Of a DNA stretch of 64,000 nt, positions 50,739-60,822 are shown in pieces. Under the pieces are notes generated by a model. The model saw only the letters and a list, made by a program, of their open reading frames with translations. It had not been told where the DNA came from and ran no database searches. A program made the position numbers and the translations under genes. Location of the stretch: positions 1,152,001 through 1,216,000 of the forward strand of contig CAWDVE010000010.1 in assembly GCA_963805625.1 (NCBI GenBank), in the 5' to 3' direction. The stretch's first letter is position 1, and each line of letters opens with the position of its first letter. This DNA comes from an uncultured Candidatus Rokubacteria bacterium. GTDB lineage: Bacteria > Methylomirabilota > Methylomirabilia > Rokubacteriales > DASRDR01.

Positions 50739-52595
50739 TCAGGGGGCCGGGGAACGGCGGCCGAGGATCTCGGCGAAGGCCCGGGGCCGCGGGTCGGCCT
50801 CGATCTCCTCGAGCGTCTGGGGCAGCGCCAGCGACCAGTTCGCGCGGCGGTCGCCCGTCGTCCCCGGGAGATTCGGCCGCTCGGCGGCGCCGAGGACGTC
50901 CTCCAGCGTCGCCGCGGCCAGGACCGAGGGCGCCTCGGCGAGGCGCTGGTGGATCGAGAGCGCCACGGCATCGGACGGTGCGTCGTCCGGCAGCCGGGTC
51001 AGCTCGCGAAGGCGCGCCCGGAGTGCCTCCGTTCCCGCCACGTTCGGCGGGATCCCGACGGCCTCCTGCTCCCGGAGGTCGCTGCCGGTCCAGAGGCCCC
51101 GCACCGTCGGGAGGTCGTGCGTGGTGACTGCCGCGAGCGACAGCCCGGGGTAGCCGGCGGGCGGGCCGGGCTCGAACCAGAGCACGCGGGTCGAGAGGAT
51201 CCGCTCGGCGGAGAGACGCTCGCGTACGCCGGGCGCCACGGTTCCAAGGTCCTCGCCGATGACAAGGGCGCCCGCCCGCTCGCTCTCGAGCGCGAGGATG
51301 GCCAGAAGGTCGTCGGTGGGGTAACGGACGTACGCCCCGCTTCGAGCCGTTGCACCCCCGGGAACCCAGAACAGCCGGAAGAGTCCCATGACGTGGTCGA
51401 CGCGCATCCCACCGGCGTGACGGAGCCCGGCCCGCACGGTCTCGACAAACGGCCCGTACCCCACGGCGCGAAGCCGGTGCGGCACGAACGGCGGCAGTCC
51501 CCAGTCCTGCCCCTCGAGCGCGAAGTCGTCAGGCGGCGCCCCCACCGTGACGTCCTGGGCCAGCACGTCCTGCCACGCCCAGGCGTCGGCGCCCTCGCCA
51601 TCGAAGCCGATGGCCAGGTCGGTCACCAGGCGAAGCGCCCGCCCGGCGCGAGCCAGTTGCTCGTCGAGCAGCCACTGGAGCCAGGCGTGAAATCCGACCC
51701 GCTCCCGCTGCGCGGCGGCGAAGTGCTCGACCGCGGGGGACGCGGGATGCCGGTGCTCGGCCGGCCAGCGCCGCCACCCCGATCCGTGACGCTCGGCGAG
51801 CGCGCAGAAGACCGCGAACCCCTCGAGGCCTCGACCCTCGCGAGCGCGATAGCGAGCGAGCCCATCCGCGCCGACGGCACCGCGCGCCCACAGGCTGCCG
51901 AGGGCCGCCATCTTGAGCCGGAACACGGCGTCGCGATCGATCCGGCGCTCGGCGTTGAGAGCACGCCCCTGGACTGCCAGCCGCTCTACGTCGATTCCGG
52001 CCTCCGCCGCACCGGGCACCTCCTCGACCCGGAGGTAGAGCGGATTCCGGTAGCGGCGGCTCGACGGAAAGTACGGGCTCGGCTCCTGCGGCACGAGCGG
52101 GAGCGCCGCGTGGAGCGGGTTCAGAACGACCGCGCCCGCCCCGAGTGCCCTCGCTGACCAGTCGGCGAGCTCCCGGAGGTCGGCGAGATCGCCGATCCCC
52201 CAGCTCTTCCGTGACCGGAGCGCGTAGAGCTGGATCGCCCACCCCCAGCTCCGGAGTCCTTCGGGGAGGTGGCAGCGCGGGGGCGCCACGATGAGGCGCA
52301 CGGCCGGCCGGCCGTCGAGCGGCCGGAGCTCGTGGTAGCCAAGGGGCAGATCCGGCGGGAGTCCCCGATCTACCCGGAGGAGCGTCCCGCCCTCGAGGGC
52401 GAGCTCGACGGCCCCCTCGACGGCCGGCAGCGGCTGGCCGTGGCGGTGGACGAGCGGACCGGCATCCGGTGGAGGCGTCTGGCCGGTCGCGCCCATCGCC
52501 ACGCGGATCCGGGCCCGCGCCTCGGTCCCCGTCCGGCGCCAGGCCCCGCCGGTGTCAATGTAGCCATCCTCGATGCCCCAGGCGTCGGCGCTCAG
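50739..52595 (-). CDS. malQ: 4-alpha-glucanotransferase (amylomaltase, GH77)
   Basis: GIGD, SPYFPSSR, DLAIG, GAPPD, RVDHVMG, GEDLG, TTHD, NLPGT; N-terminal WGIEDGY segment implies a CTG start at 52595. Confidence 0.9.
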   Translation of the reverse strand: MSADAWGIEDGYIDTGGAWRRTGTEARARIRVAMGATGQTPPPDAGPLVHRHGQPLPAVEGAVELALEGGTLLRVDRGLPPDLPLGYHELRPLDGRPAVRLIVAPPRCHLPEGLRSWGWAIQLYALRSRKSWGIGDLADLRELADWSARALGAGAVVLNPLHAALPLVPQEPSPYFPSSRRYRNPLYLRVEEVPGAAEAGIDVERLAVQGRALNAERRIDRDAVFRLKMAALGSLWARGAVGADGLARYRAREGRGLEGFAVFCALAERHGSGWRRWPAEHRHPASPAVEHFAAAQRERVGFHAWLQWLLDEQLARAGRALRLVTDLAIGFDGEGADAWAWQDVLAQDVTVGAPPDDFALEGQDWGLPPFVPHRLRAVGYGPFVETVRAGLRHAGGMRVDHVMGLFRLFWVPGGATARSGAYVRYPTDDLLAILALESERAGALVIGEDLGTVAPGVRERLSAERILSTRVLWFEPGPPAGYPGLSLAAVTTHDLPTVRGLWTGSDLREQEAVGIPPNVAGTEALRARLRELTRLPDDAPSDAVALSIHQRLAEAPSVLAAATLEDVLGAAERPNLPGTTGDRRANWSLALPQTLEEIEADPRPRAFAEILGRRSPAP

Positions 52596-54403
52596 GGCGA
52601 GGCGGCTCCGTCGCCCGCGGGCAGCGTGAAGGTCATCGTCGTGCCGTGGCCGAGCACGCTCTCCACGTGAAGCTCACCCCCATGAGCCTGGACCAGATGC
52701 TTCACGATCGCGAGCCCCAGCCCCGTCCCGCCGACCTCCCGCGACCGGATCTTGTCCACGCGGTAGAAGCGCTCCGTGATCCTCGGCAGCTCGGTCGAGG
52801 GGATCCCGATGCCCGTGTCGCGGACCCGGACCGCGACGCGCCCCTCGGGCCCCGCCCCGGCCTCGATGCGGACCTGGCCGCCCTCGGGTGTGAACTTGAC
52901 CGCGTTGTCCACGAGGTTCACCAGGATCTGGACGAGACGGTCCCGGTCCGCGCGGACCGTCAAGCCAGGCGGCACGGCGCCTTCCAGCGTCTGGTGGTTC
53001 TGGGCGGTCTGGCGCTCGAACATCGCCACGACCCCGGCGACGACGTCGCCCAGATCGAGCCGCATCGGCACCAGCGTGACGCGGCCGCTCTCGATGTTGG
53101 ACAGCTCGAGCAGGTCGTCGATGAGGCGGTCGAGCCGCTCAGCATGCGTCCCGGCGATTTCGAGGAAGCGCCGCGCGTGAGCCCGGTCGTCGAGCGCGCC
53201 GTCGAGGAGCGTCTCGAGGTAGCCCTTGATGCATGTGAGCGGCGTCCTGAGCTCGTGGGAGACGTTGGCCACGAACTCGCTCCGGACCCGCTCGAGCCGG
53301 CGGAGCTCGGTCACGTCGTGAAGGACGAGGAGCACGCCCGCCGACTCCGGCCCGAGGCCGAGAGGCGCGCCCCGCGCCGCGACCACGCGATTGACGGGCG
53401 GGCCCAGCTCGAGCTCGTGCCGCGCCGGCGACGCCGAGGCCCGCACCTCCTCCACCAGATCGAGGAGCCCCTTCTGCCGGATGACCTCGACGAAGGATCG
53501 CCCCTCGGCGGCCCCGCTCTCGACCCCGAACATCGCCCGCGCCGCGGGATTGAGGAGGAGGACCCGGCCCCGGTCGTCCAGCGCCACGACCCCCTCGGTC
53601 ATCCCGTCGAGGATCGTGCGGACCTTGGCCTGCTCGTCGCCGAGACGCTCGATCTTCTCGCGAAGCGCGAGGGCGGTCCGGTTGAGAGCGACCCCGAGCG
53701 CGGCGATCTCATCCGTTCCCGCGACGGGCACCGCCTGCGCGAGGTCGCCCTCGGCCATCCGACGGGCGGCACTCTCCATCCCCCGGAGGGGCCGCGTCAC
53801 CCGCCGGCTCACGAAGAGCCCGATGACCACGGCCACGCAGACGGCGAGGATGGCGCCGCCGACGACGGTGCGGCGGACGAGCGTCCGGGCCTCGTCGACG
53901 TCGTGCGTCGGAAGCGCGAGCCGGAGAACGGCGCGCCGCCTGCCCTCGCGCTCGATCGGCACCGCGACGTACAGGAGGTCCCGCCCGAGGGTCGCGCTCC
54001 GGCGGACGTCGCTGCCGACCTCGCCCGCCAGCGCCCGGCGCACCTCCGGTCGGCTGGCATGGTTCTCCATCTCGCGAACGGACTCGCGGTCGGATTCGGC
54101 CAGGACGGTGCCGTCGGCGCCGATGACGGTCACCCGGGCCCCGACGACCCTCGCATAGCGCTGGGCACGTCCCTGCAGGTCGGACCCTCCTGGCGGGCCG
54201 TCGAGCAGGGGCGCGAATGCGTCGTGGAGGAGCCCCGCTTGGGTGACGAGCGTCCCCTGGAGCCGCGCGACGGCTTGCGCCTCGAGAGTGCGGCTCACGT
54301 AGATCCCCATCACGAGGACGCCCAGGCCGGCGACGACTCCGAGGAGGATGGTGAGTCGCGCGGCGAGACCAAAGCGGCGCCGGGCCGCCCCGTGCGGCGT
54401 CAC
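52592..54403 (-). CDS. phoR: PhoR-like sensor histidine kinase (TM, HAMP, PAS, HisKA, HATPase)
   Basis: FVANVSHELRTPLT, NLVDNAVKF, ERFYRVDK.RSRE.GGTGLGL. Confidence 0.82.
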   Translation of the reverse strand: MTPHGAARRRFGLAARLTILLGVVAGLGVLVMGIYVSRTLEAQAVARLQGTLVTQAGLLHDAFAPLLDGPPGGSDLQGRAQRYARVVGARVTVIGADGTVLAESDRESVREMENHASRPEVRRALAGEVGSDVRRSATLGRDLLYVAVPIEREGRRRAVLRLALPTHDVDEARTLVRRTVVGGAILAVCVAVVIGLFVSRRVTRPLRGMESAARRMAEGDLAQAVPVAGTDEIAALGVALNRTALALREKIERLGDEQAKVRTILDGMTEGVVALDDRGRVLLLNPAARAMFGVESGAAEGRSFVEVIRQKGLLDLVEEVRASASPARHELELGPPVNRVVAARGAPLGLGPESAGVLLVLHDVTELRRLERVRSEFVANVSHELRTPLTCIKGYLETLLDGALDDRAHARRFLEIAGTHAERLDRLIDDLLELSNIESGRVTLVPMRLDLGDVVAGVVAMFERQTAQNHQTLEGAVPPGLTVRADRDRLVQILVNLVDNAVKFTPEGGQVRIEAGAGPEGRVAVRVRDTGIGIPSTELPRITERFYRVDKIRSREVGGTGLGLAIVKHLVQAHGGELHVESVLGHGTTMTFTLPAGDGAASP

Positions 54404-55092
54404 GGTCCGCCGTCGAACCGGTAGCCGACGGCCTTGACCGTCACGATGCGGCGCGCCTCGGCTCCGAGCTTCGCGCGGAGACGTCGGACGTGGACGTCCA
54501 CGGTCCGCGACTCGATCTCCGCGGCGTTCACGTAGCCCCACACCGATTCCAGGAGCTGCTCGCGGCTGAGCACGCGGCCGTCCGCCCGCATCAGCGCCGC
54601 GAGAAGACCGAATTCCTTGGCGGTCAGCTCCACGGGGTGGCCGCCGACCGTCACGGCGTGCCGCGCCTCGTCGACGTGGAGATCGCCCGTCGTGCGCCCC
54701 GCCGCGGGCGGCTCCGGCCCCTCGACGCGCCGGAGCACCGCGCGGATCCGGGCAAGGAGCTCCCGGGGGCTGAACGGCTTCACGACGTAGTCGTCCGCGC
54801 CGAGCTCGAGGCCCACGACCCGGTCCACCTCCTCGCCGCGGGCGGTGAGCATGATGATGGGGAGGCGCCGGGTGGCGGCGTCTCCGCGAAGCTGACGGCA
54901 GACCTCCAGACCGTCGAGCCCGGGCAGCATGAGGTCGAGGAGGGCCACGTCGGGACGCTCCGCGCGCGCGAGCCGGAGGGCGGCTCCACCGTGGGCCGCG
55001 TGGACGAGCCGCATGCCCGCCTTCTCGACGTGGTAGCGGACGAGGTCGGCGATGTCTCGTTCGTCCTCCACCAGTAGCACCGTCACCGGCAC
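54400..55092 (-). CDS. phoB: PhoB/PhoP-like OmpR-family response regulator
   Basis: VEDE, LDLMLP, GADDY..KPF, SRTVDVHVRRLR; GAGGAGG RBS. Confidence 0.8.
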   Translation of the reverse strand: MPVTVLLVEDERDIADLVRYHVEKAGMRLVHAAHGGAALRLARAERPDVALLDLMLPGLDGLEVCRQLRGDAATRRLPIIMLTARGEEVDRVVGLELGADDYVVKPFSPRELLARIRAVLRRVEGPEPPAAGRTTGDLHVDEARHAVTVGGHPVELTAKEFGLLAALMRADGRVLSREQLLESVWGYVNAAEIESRTVDVHVRRLRAKLGAEARRIVTVKAVGYRFDGGP

Positions 55093-55176
55093 GCTTACCC
55101 TCCTCGCGGCTGAATTGTAGCCCGGGAGGGCCAGACGCAACCGGGCGATCGACGGAACCGGGGGAACGCCCGGGGA

Positions 55177-55764
55177 TCAGACGACCGCCGCTCGCGCCTC
55201 CGTCATCTGGCAGAAGTAGCGGTGGACGGTCAGGTCCTCCGTGAGCTCGGGGTGGAAGGTCGCGACCAGGACCGTGCCCTCGCGCGCGAGGACGGGGTCG
55301 CCCCCGTAGCGGGCCAGCACCTCGACGCCGGGGCCGACACGGCGGATGCGTGGCGCTCGGATGAAGACCATGCGGAGCGGATCACGGCTCTCACCGAGCG
55401 CCGCCGGCGTCTCCGCCTCGAAGGACTCTCGCTGCCGGCCGTAGCTGTTGCGCTCCACGGTCACGTCGATCAACCCGAGAGAGGGCTGATTTGGCCGCTC
55501 GACCTCCCGGGCGAGGACGATCAGACCGGCGCAGGTGCCGAAGAGCGGACGGCCGCTCGCGTGAAATGCCCGGAGGGCGGCCCCGAAGTCCCAGACGTTC
55601 ATGAGGTGCAGGAGTGTGGTGCTCTCACCGCCCGGAAGGACCAGGCCCTCCACGTCGTCCAGCGCCTCGGGCTTTCGTACCTCCACCGGCTCCACGCCGG
55701 CACGGCGAAGGGCTGCCGAATGAAGCGCGAAGTCCCCCTGGAGCGCGAGGACGCCGATCCGCAC
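55177..55764 (-). CDS. pdxT: PLP synthase glutaminase subunit
   Basis: GVLALQG, PGGEST, GTCAG, FIRAP, FHPE. Confidence 0.96.
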   Translation of the reverse strand: MRIGVLALQGDFALHSAALRRAGVEPVEVRKPEALDDVEGLVLPGGESTTLLHLMNVWDFGAALRAFHASGRPLFGTCAGLIVLAREVERPNQPSLGLIDVTVERNSYGRQRESFEAETPAALGESRDPLRMVFIRAPRIRRVGPGVEVLARYGGDPVLAREGTVLVATFHPELTEDLTVHRYFCQMTEARAAVV

Positions 55765-55768
55765 GTCC

Positions 55769-56665
55769 TCACCAGCCTCGGGTCTGGAGGAGGTCCCCGG
55801 CGGCGAGCTTGGAGGTCTCGAGGCCCACCATCGCGTCGCCCAGCTCCTCGCTCACCTTCGCGAGCACGTCGGGATCTCGGTAGTGGGTCGTCGCCTGCAC
55901 GATGGCGCGCGCCCGGCGCTCCGGGTCGCTCGACTTGAAGACGCCCGAGCCCACGAAGACCGCCTCGGCTCCGAGCTGCATCATGAGGGCCGCGTCGGCC
56001 GGAGTGGCGATGCCGCCCGCGGAGAAGTTCGGCACCGGCAGGCGCCGGTTCGCCGCGACCCACCGCACGAGGTCGTAGGGCGCGCCGAGGTTCTTCGCCT
56101 CGGCCATGAGCTCCTCGGCGCCGAGCGAGGCCAGGCGCCGGACGCCCGTGGTGAGCGCGCGCATGTGCCGGACGGCCTCGACGATGTTGCCCGAGCCGGC
56201 CTCCCCCTTCGTCCGGATCATCGCGGCGCCTTCGCCGATCCGACGGAGCGCCTCGCCGAGGTCCCGGGCGCCGCAGACGAAGGGCACCCGGAAGGCGAGC
56301 TTGTCGATGTGGAAGTGCTCGTCCGCCGGGGTGAGGACCTCCGACTCGTCGATGAAGTCGACGGCAAGGGCTTCCAGGATCTGCGCCTCGACGAAGTGCC
56401 CGATCCGGGCCTTGGCCATCACCGGGATGCTGACGGTCTGCTGGATCTCCCGGATCTTGCTGACGGCCGCCATGCGCGCGACGCCGCCGTCGCGCCGGAT
56501 GTCCGAGGGGACGCGCTCCAGCGCCATGACCGACGCCGCGCCGGCCTGCTCGGCGATCCGCGCCTGCTCGGCGTTGGTCACGTCCATGATCACCCCGCCC
56601 TTGAGCATCTCCGCAAGGCCGATGTGCTTGGGATCTGCGATCCTGAGACCGTTCACGTCGCTCAT
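55769..56665 (-). CDS. pdxS: PLP synthase lyase subunit
   Basis: [33 protein letters not shown]. Confidence 0.97.
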   Translation of the reverse strand: MSDVNGLRIADPKHIGLAEMLKGGVIMDVTNAEQARIAEQAGAASVMALERVPSDIRRDGGVARMAAVSKIREIQQTVSIPVMAKARIGHFVEAQILEALAVDFIDESEVLTPADEHFHIDKLAFRVPFVCGARDLGEALRRIGEGAAMIRTKGEAGSGNIVEAVRHMRALTTGVRRLASLGAEELMAEAKNLGAPYDLVRWVAANRRLPVPNFSAGGIATPADAALMMQLGAEAVFVGSGVFKSSDPERRARAIVQATTHYRDPDVLAKVSEELGDAMVGLETSKLAAGDLLQTRGW

Positions 56666-56723
56666 CGTGTGCCGCTCCTTTCATTCGTCAGGGCCGAAGC
56701 CCTCCGAAGCCCCAAGTCCGAGA

Positions 56724-58253
56724 TCAGACCACCAGCGCCTCGAGCCGGTCGGGGACCGGCCGGGGGCTGCCGCTCCGCCGCCAGTCCGCGATCGCCTCGG
56801 CAAGCCGCCGGACGCCGTCGTCGATCCGCCGCACGGGCACCGAGGAGAACGACAGGCGCGCCGTGCCCTCGCCGCCCCCGTCCACGAAAAACCGCGCCCC
56901 GGGCGTGAAGCCCACCCCGCGGCGGAGAGCCCCCGGGAGGAGCCCTGTCGCATCGCAACCCGCCGGCAGCGTGAGGAGGAGCGAGAAGCCGCCACGGGGC
57001 TCCGTCCAGCTCATCCCCTCCGGCATGTGGCGGCCGAGCGCCTCGAGCAGGGCCGTCCGGCGGCGGTCGTACTCCCGCGCGATCCGGGCGATGTGCCGGT
57101 CCAGCAGGCGTCGCTCGCAGAATCGGTGGACGGCGGCCTGGATGAGCGGGCTCGTCCCCAGGTCGGCGAGCTGCTTCGCCGCCCGCAGCCGCTCGACGAC
57201 CGGCGGCGGCGCCACGAGCCATCCGAGCCGGAGGCCCGGGAACAGCACCTTCGAGAAGGTGCCGATGTAGAGGACGAGGCCGTTCCGGTCGAGCGCCCGG
57301 AGCGGGAGCGGCCGCCGGTCGCCGTAGTAGAGGCTGCCGTCGAAGCCGTCCTCGACGACCGGCACGTGATGGCGCGCCGCCGCATCGAGCACGCGCCGCG
57401 CCGCTTCGGGCGACATCGTCACCCCCGTCGGGTTGTGCGCGGTCGGCTGGCAGTAGAAGAGCTTCGGCCGGTGGCGCGCCAACACCTGCTCGAGCGCTTC
57501 GGCCGACGGCCCCTCACGGTCCCAGGGCACGGGCACGAGCTGGGCTCCCGCGGCCCGGAACACCGAGATCGCGCGGGGGTAGGTCGGCTGCTCCATCGCC
57601 ACGACGTCACCCGGATCGACGAACGTGCGCGCGATCAGATCGAAGCCTTGCTGGGAGCCGTTCACGACGAGGATGTCATCGGCGCGCGCCTCGACGCCGA
57701 ACCGCAGGAGGTAGGTGGCGAGGTACGCTCGGAGCGGCAGATAGCCGTCACCGCCCGGCGGGTACTGGAGGAGCGCCGCGCCCTCCGTCCGGACCACCTG
57801 GTTCAGCACCCGCCGGAACGCGTCGGTCGGGAAGAGCCCGCTGTCCGGCGTGCCCTCGGCGAACGAGATCACGGGTCGCCCCCCCGCGGGAGGGACGGCC
57901 CGTCGCTCCGCGCCCGAGCTGGCGATGTGGGCGCTCCGCGAGAACAGGCGCGACCAGTCGAGGGGGACGCGCGCGGACGAGAGCGGCGCGGGGCTCGCGA
58001 CACCCGCCGGCGCCGCCGCCACGAACGTCCCCTGCCCCACGTGCGCCCGCACCCGCCCCGCCGCCACCAGCTCCTCGTAGGCGAGCGCGACGGTCGTCCG
58101 GTTCACGCCGAGAGCCTGCGCCAGCTCGCGCGTCGCCGGCAGCTTCACCCCCGGGGCCAGCCACCCCTCGCGGATCAGCCGCTCGATCTGCTCCTGGATC
58201 TGCCGGGCCAGCGGCACCGCACTCCCGCGGTCGAGCTGAAGGCTGAGCGCCAT
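56724..58253 (-). CDS. MocR/GabR-family PLP-dependent regulator (PdxR-like)
   Basis: GntR wHTH LPATRELA..LGVNRTTV..AY plus aminotransferase domain TFSK; directly upstream of pdxS/pdxT. Confidence 0.88.
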   Translation of the reverse strand: MALSLQLDRGSAVPLARQIQEQIERLIREGWLAPGVKLPATRELAQALGVNRTTVALAYEELVAAGRVRAHVGQGTFVAAAPAGVASPAPLSSARVPLDWSRLFSRSAHIASSGAERRAVPPAGGRPVISFAEGTPDSGLFPTDAFRRVLNQVVRTEGAALLQYPPGGDGYLPLRAYLATYLLRFGVEARADDILVVNGSQQGFDLIARTFVDPGDVVAMEQPTYPRAISVFRAAGAQLVPVPWDREGPSAEALEQVLARHRPKLFYCQPTAHNPTGVTMSPEAARRVLDAAARHHVPVVEDGFDGSLYYGDRRPLPLRALDRNGLVLYIGTFSKVLFPGLRLGWLVAPPPVVERLRAAKQLADLGTSPLIQAAVHRFCERRLLDRHIARIAREYDRRRTALLEALGRHMPEGMSWTEPRGGFSLLLTLPAGCDATGLLPGALRRGVGFTPGARFFVDGGGEGTARLSFSSVPVRRIDDGVRRLAEAIADWRRSGSPRPVPDRLEALVV

Positions 58254-58255
58254 AC

Positions 58256-58300
58256 CAGCCATTTTCGTGATATTCGTGACACGGTCAACAGCCAATTGGC
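58256..58300 (-). promoter_or_regulatory. Promoter/operator of the MocR regulator gene
   Basis: TTGACC-N16-GAAAAT 7 nt before ATG; TGGCTG direct repeats 33 bp apart; TCACGAA x2; GCCAATTGGC palindrome. Confidence 0.55.
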
Positions 58301-58369
58301 GACGTCTCCCCCCCGCCAAGCTGAGCGGCGGTGGAGTCGCCCTCACACCGGACCGGCTGAGACCGTGGG

Positions 58370-58756
58370 ACTCCCCAGGGTTCATCCGGTCGCGCACCTC
58401 GGACATGAATCTGGTCAGGGTCCGGTAGTTCTCGTCGGCGAAGCTCATCTCCAAGAGGTCGCGTGGGTGGAACCAACGGAATGGCGGGTCGAACACGCTC
58501 ACGTCAAAGGTACCGTCGATTCGCTCGAAGACGTCGCTCTCGAAGAACGGCTGGCGGCGAGTATGGCGTTGACCCCGCTGCCGGTCCCCATGTCGAGCAC
58601 CCGGTCGTCGTCGCGGACTTCACCGAGCACGGCCCGGCCGAGGAGGTCCGACATGGCTGTCAGCGGGAAAACCTGCTCGGGAATCACCAGCGTGAGTCCG
58701 AGGTAGCTGACTTCGCGGGTGTCGTGGCTGTGGAGCTCGACCGACGCGGCCTCCAT
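58370..58756 (-). pseudogene. Decayed class I SAM methyltransferase (HemK/PrmC-like)
   Basis: VLDMGTGSGVNAILAA in one frame and FDPPF..F.PRD..E....DENY..L.RF in another. Confidence 0.65.
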
Positions 58757-58980
58757 CCCGCCGCCGACACGATGAGACTACTGCCGGCCGTCACAACGGC
58801 AAGGTGTGTTCCCGCCTCCCGTCCTCCCGGCCCTTCGCCGGCTGGTCCCCCGGGCACACCTCGACGGGCAACCCCAACCGCCGCCAATCTAGCCGGAATT
58901 GCAGCATGGGTCACGCGGCCACGTATTGGGCCGATCTGCGGATCGAGGACGGACGCTCGTCGGAGGGCCACATACCCTGA

Positions 58981-59805
58981 CTAGCCCTTGAGCCCGCTCA
59001 TGACGACCCCCTGGACCACCCAGCGCTGGCAGACGACGAAGATCGCCAGGATCGGCAGGATGCTCAGGACGGCGGCCGCGGTGACGAGGTTGTACTCGAT
59101 GAAGTAGATGTTCGTGAAGCTGACCAGCCCCATGGTCACGACCTTCATGGTCGGGGAGTTGATCACCACCAGCGGCCAGAACAGCTCGTTCCAGGTCCAC
59201 ATGAACTTGATGATCAGGAGCGTCGCCAGGGCCGGCCGGACGGCCGGGAGGATCACCCGCCAGAAGATCCCGAGCTCGCTCGAGCCGTCGATCCGGGCGG
59301 CGTCGATGTAGTCGCTCGGCACCACCTCGATCGACTGTCGCATGAGGAAGACGCCGAAGACGCTCACGAGGTCGGGCGCGAGGATGCCGAGGTAGGTGTC
59401 GAGGAGCCCCAGGCGGCTCACCCACAGGTACAGCGGGACGACGACCGACTGGAACGGGACCATCAGGATGCCGATGATCGCGAAGAAGAGCAGGTTGCGG
59501 CCCGGGAATCGGAACTTGGCGAAGCCGTAGCCGGCGAGCGACGAGACGATCAGGCTCGACACGGCCGAGACCGAGGCGATGAGGGCGCTGTTCAGCAGGA
59601 AGCGCCCGAAGGGCTGGCGGGCGAAGACCTCCCGGTAGTTGTCCAGGTTGCCCCAGCGATCGGGCAGGACCTGGAGCGGAACCCGCTGGATCTCGGGCAC
59701 CGTCTTGAGCGACGTCACCGCCATCCAGAAGAACGGAAAGAACACGGTGATGGCGCCGGCGGCGATGAGTGCTGCCGTCAGCCAGCGCCAGCGACCGAGG
59801 CTCAC
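58981..59805 (-). CDS. Carbohydrate ABC transporter permease (MalG-like)
   Basis: DAARIDGS EAA loop, WNELFWPL. Confidence 0.9.
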   Translation of the reverse strand: MSLGRWRWLTAALIAAGAITVFFPFFWMAVTSLKTVPEIQRVPLQVLPDRWGNLDNYREVFARQPFGRFLLNSALIASVSAVSSLIVSSLAGYGFAKFRFPGRNLLFFAIIGILMVPFQSVVVPLYLWVSRLGLLDTYLGILAPDLVSVFGVFLMRQSIEVVPSDYIDAARIDGSSELGIFWRVILPAVRPALATLLIIKFMWTWNELFWPLVVINSPTMKVVTMGLVSFTNIYFIEYNLVTAAAVLSILPILAIFVVCQRWVVQGVVMSGLKG

Positions 59806-59825
59806 TGCGGCACCGTCGCTCCGCG

Positions 59826-59881
59826 GGAGTTGATCGGACGGCCTCGATCGGACGGCCTTCGGCCTGTGGCGGCCTGTGGCC
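59826..59881 (-). repeat. Second copy of the bipartite repeat: 2x GCCACAGGC, GGCC-GAA-GGCC, 2x CCGTCCGATC
   Basis: GCCTGTGGC at 59862 and 59872 (10-bp period); ATCGGACGG at 59833 and 59847 (14-bp period). Confidence 0.8.
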
Positions 59882-60790
59882 TCAATGCTCGACCTCGCGC
59901 CGGAAGAGCCGCCACTGGACGAGCGTGACCAGAAGGAGGCACGCGAAGACGAAGACGGCCATGACCGAGGCATCCCCGAGGCGGAAATACTTGAAGGCGG
60001 TGTCGTAGAGCAGCATGATCACGGTCTGGCTCGCGCTCGCCGGCCCGCCCTGGGTGGTCGCGTACACCTGGTCGAAGATCTTGAAGTTGAAGATCAGCTC
60101 CAGGATCGAAACCATGACGAGCTGGGGGTTGAGCAGCGGGAGCGTCACGGACCTGAAGCTCCGCCAGGCCCCGGCGCCGTCGATGGCGGCCGCCTCGTAG
60201 TACTCCCCGGGAATGGCCTGCAGCGCGGCCAGGAAGATCATCGTGTCGAACCCGAGGCGGACCCAGACGTTGATGAGCGCCAGGGACGGCAGCACCTGCT
60301 CCAGGCTCGACAGCCACTTCTGTGGACCGATCCCCACCCGGCCGAGGAGGTGATTGATGAAGCCGTACACCGGCTCGTAGAGCCACTGCCAGACCAGGGC
60401 CGCCGCGACCAGCGAGACGGCGAACGGCAGGAAGTACAGGACGGCCCACAGGCTGCGCCAGCGAACCCTCGCAAAGCGATTGAGGCCCAGCGCCACGACG
60501 AGCGCCAGCACCACCGTGGCCGGGGCCGACAGGAGAAGCAGCTTCACCGTGTTGCGGACGGCCTGCCAGAAAGTGGGATCGGTCAGCACCCGCTCGTAGA
60601 GCCGGAGGCCGACGAACTGGCTCGCCCCACCCGGACGCGTCCGGTAGAAGGAGCCGAGGACCGATTCCGCCAGGGGGACGAGGAAGACCGCGGTGAAATA
60701 CACCAGGGCGGGCAGGACGAAGAGGAATCCTGCCCGCCGCTGGCGGTCCGTGTAGGTCCGGGGAAAGGCGAGCCGGATGACGCGGCCCAC
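59882..60790 (-). CDS. Carbohydrate ABC transporter permease (MalF-like)
   Basis: YEAAAIDGA EAA loop, TLPLL, T.GGP. Confidence 0.9.
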   Translation of the reverse strand: MGRVIRLAFPRTYTDRQRRAGFLFVLPALVYFTAVFLVPLAESVLGSFYRTRPGGASQFVGLRLYERVLTDPTFWQAVRNTVKLLLLSAPATVVLALVVALGLNRFARVRWRSLWAVLYFLPFAVSLVAAALVWQWLYEPVYGFINHLLGRVGIGPQKWLSSLEQVLPSLALINVWVRLGFDTMIFLAALQAIPGEYYEAAAIDGAGAWRSFRSVTLPLLNPQLVMVSILELIFNFKIFDQVYATTQGGPASASQTVIMLLYDTAFKYFRLGDASVMAVFVFACLLLVTLVQWRLFRREVEH

Positions 60791-60822
60791 GATCCGGCTC
60801 GCTCTCCCGGACTCAGTCCGAC

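Noticed and set aside
56691-56722. GGGC-CGAA-GCCC-TCCGAAGCCCC between the MocR gene and pdxS as a third copy of the bipartite repeat
   Set aside because: Shares only a small hairpin plus TCCGA; lacks both tandem units, so the evidence is too weak
58254-58502. Apparent methyltransferase-MocR fusion (ORF 56724-58502)
   Set aside because: The upstream part is a decayed methyltransferase fragment that happens to be in frame; a promoter sits directly before ATG 58253
58760-58980. Possible ncRNA or small ORF in lower-GC intergenic DNA
   Set aside because: No convincing RBS, structure or family motif; probably decayed sequence
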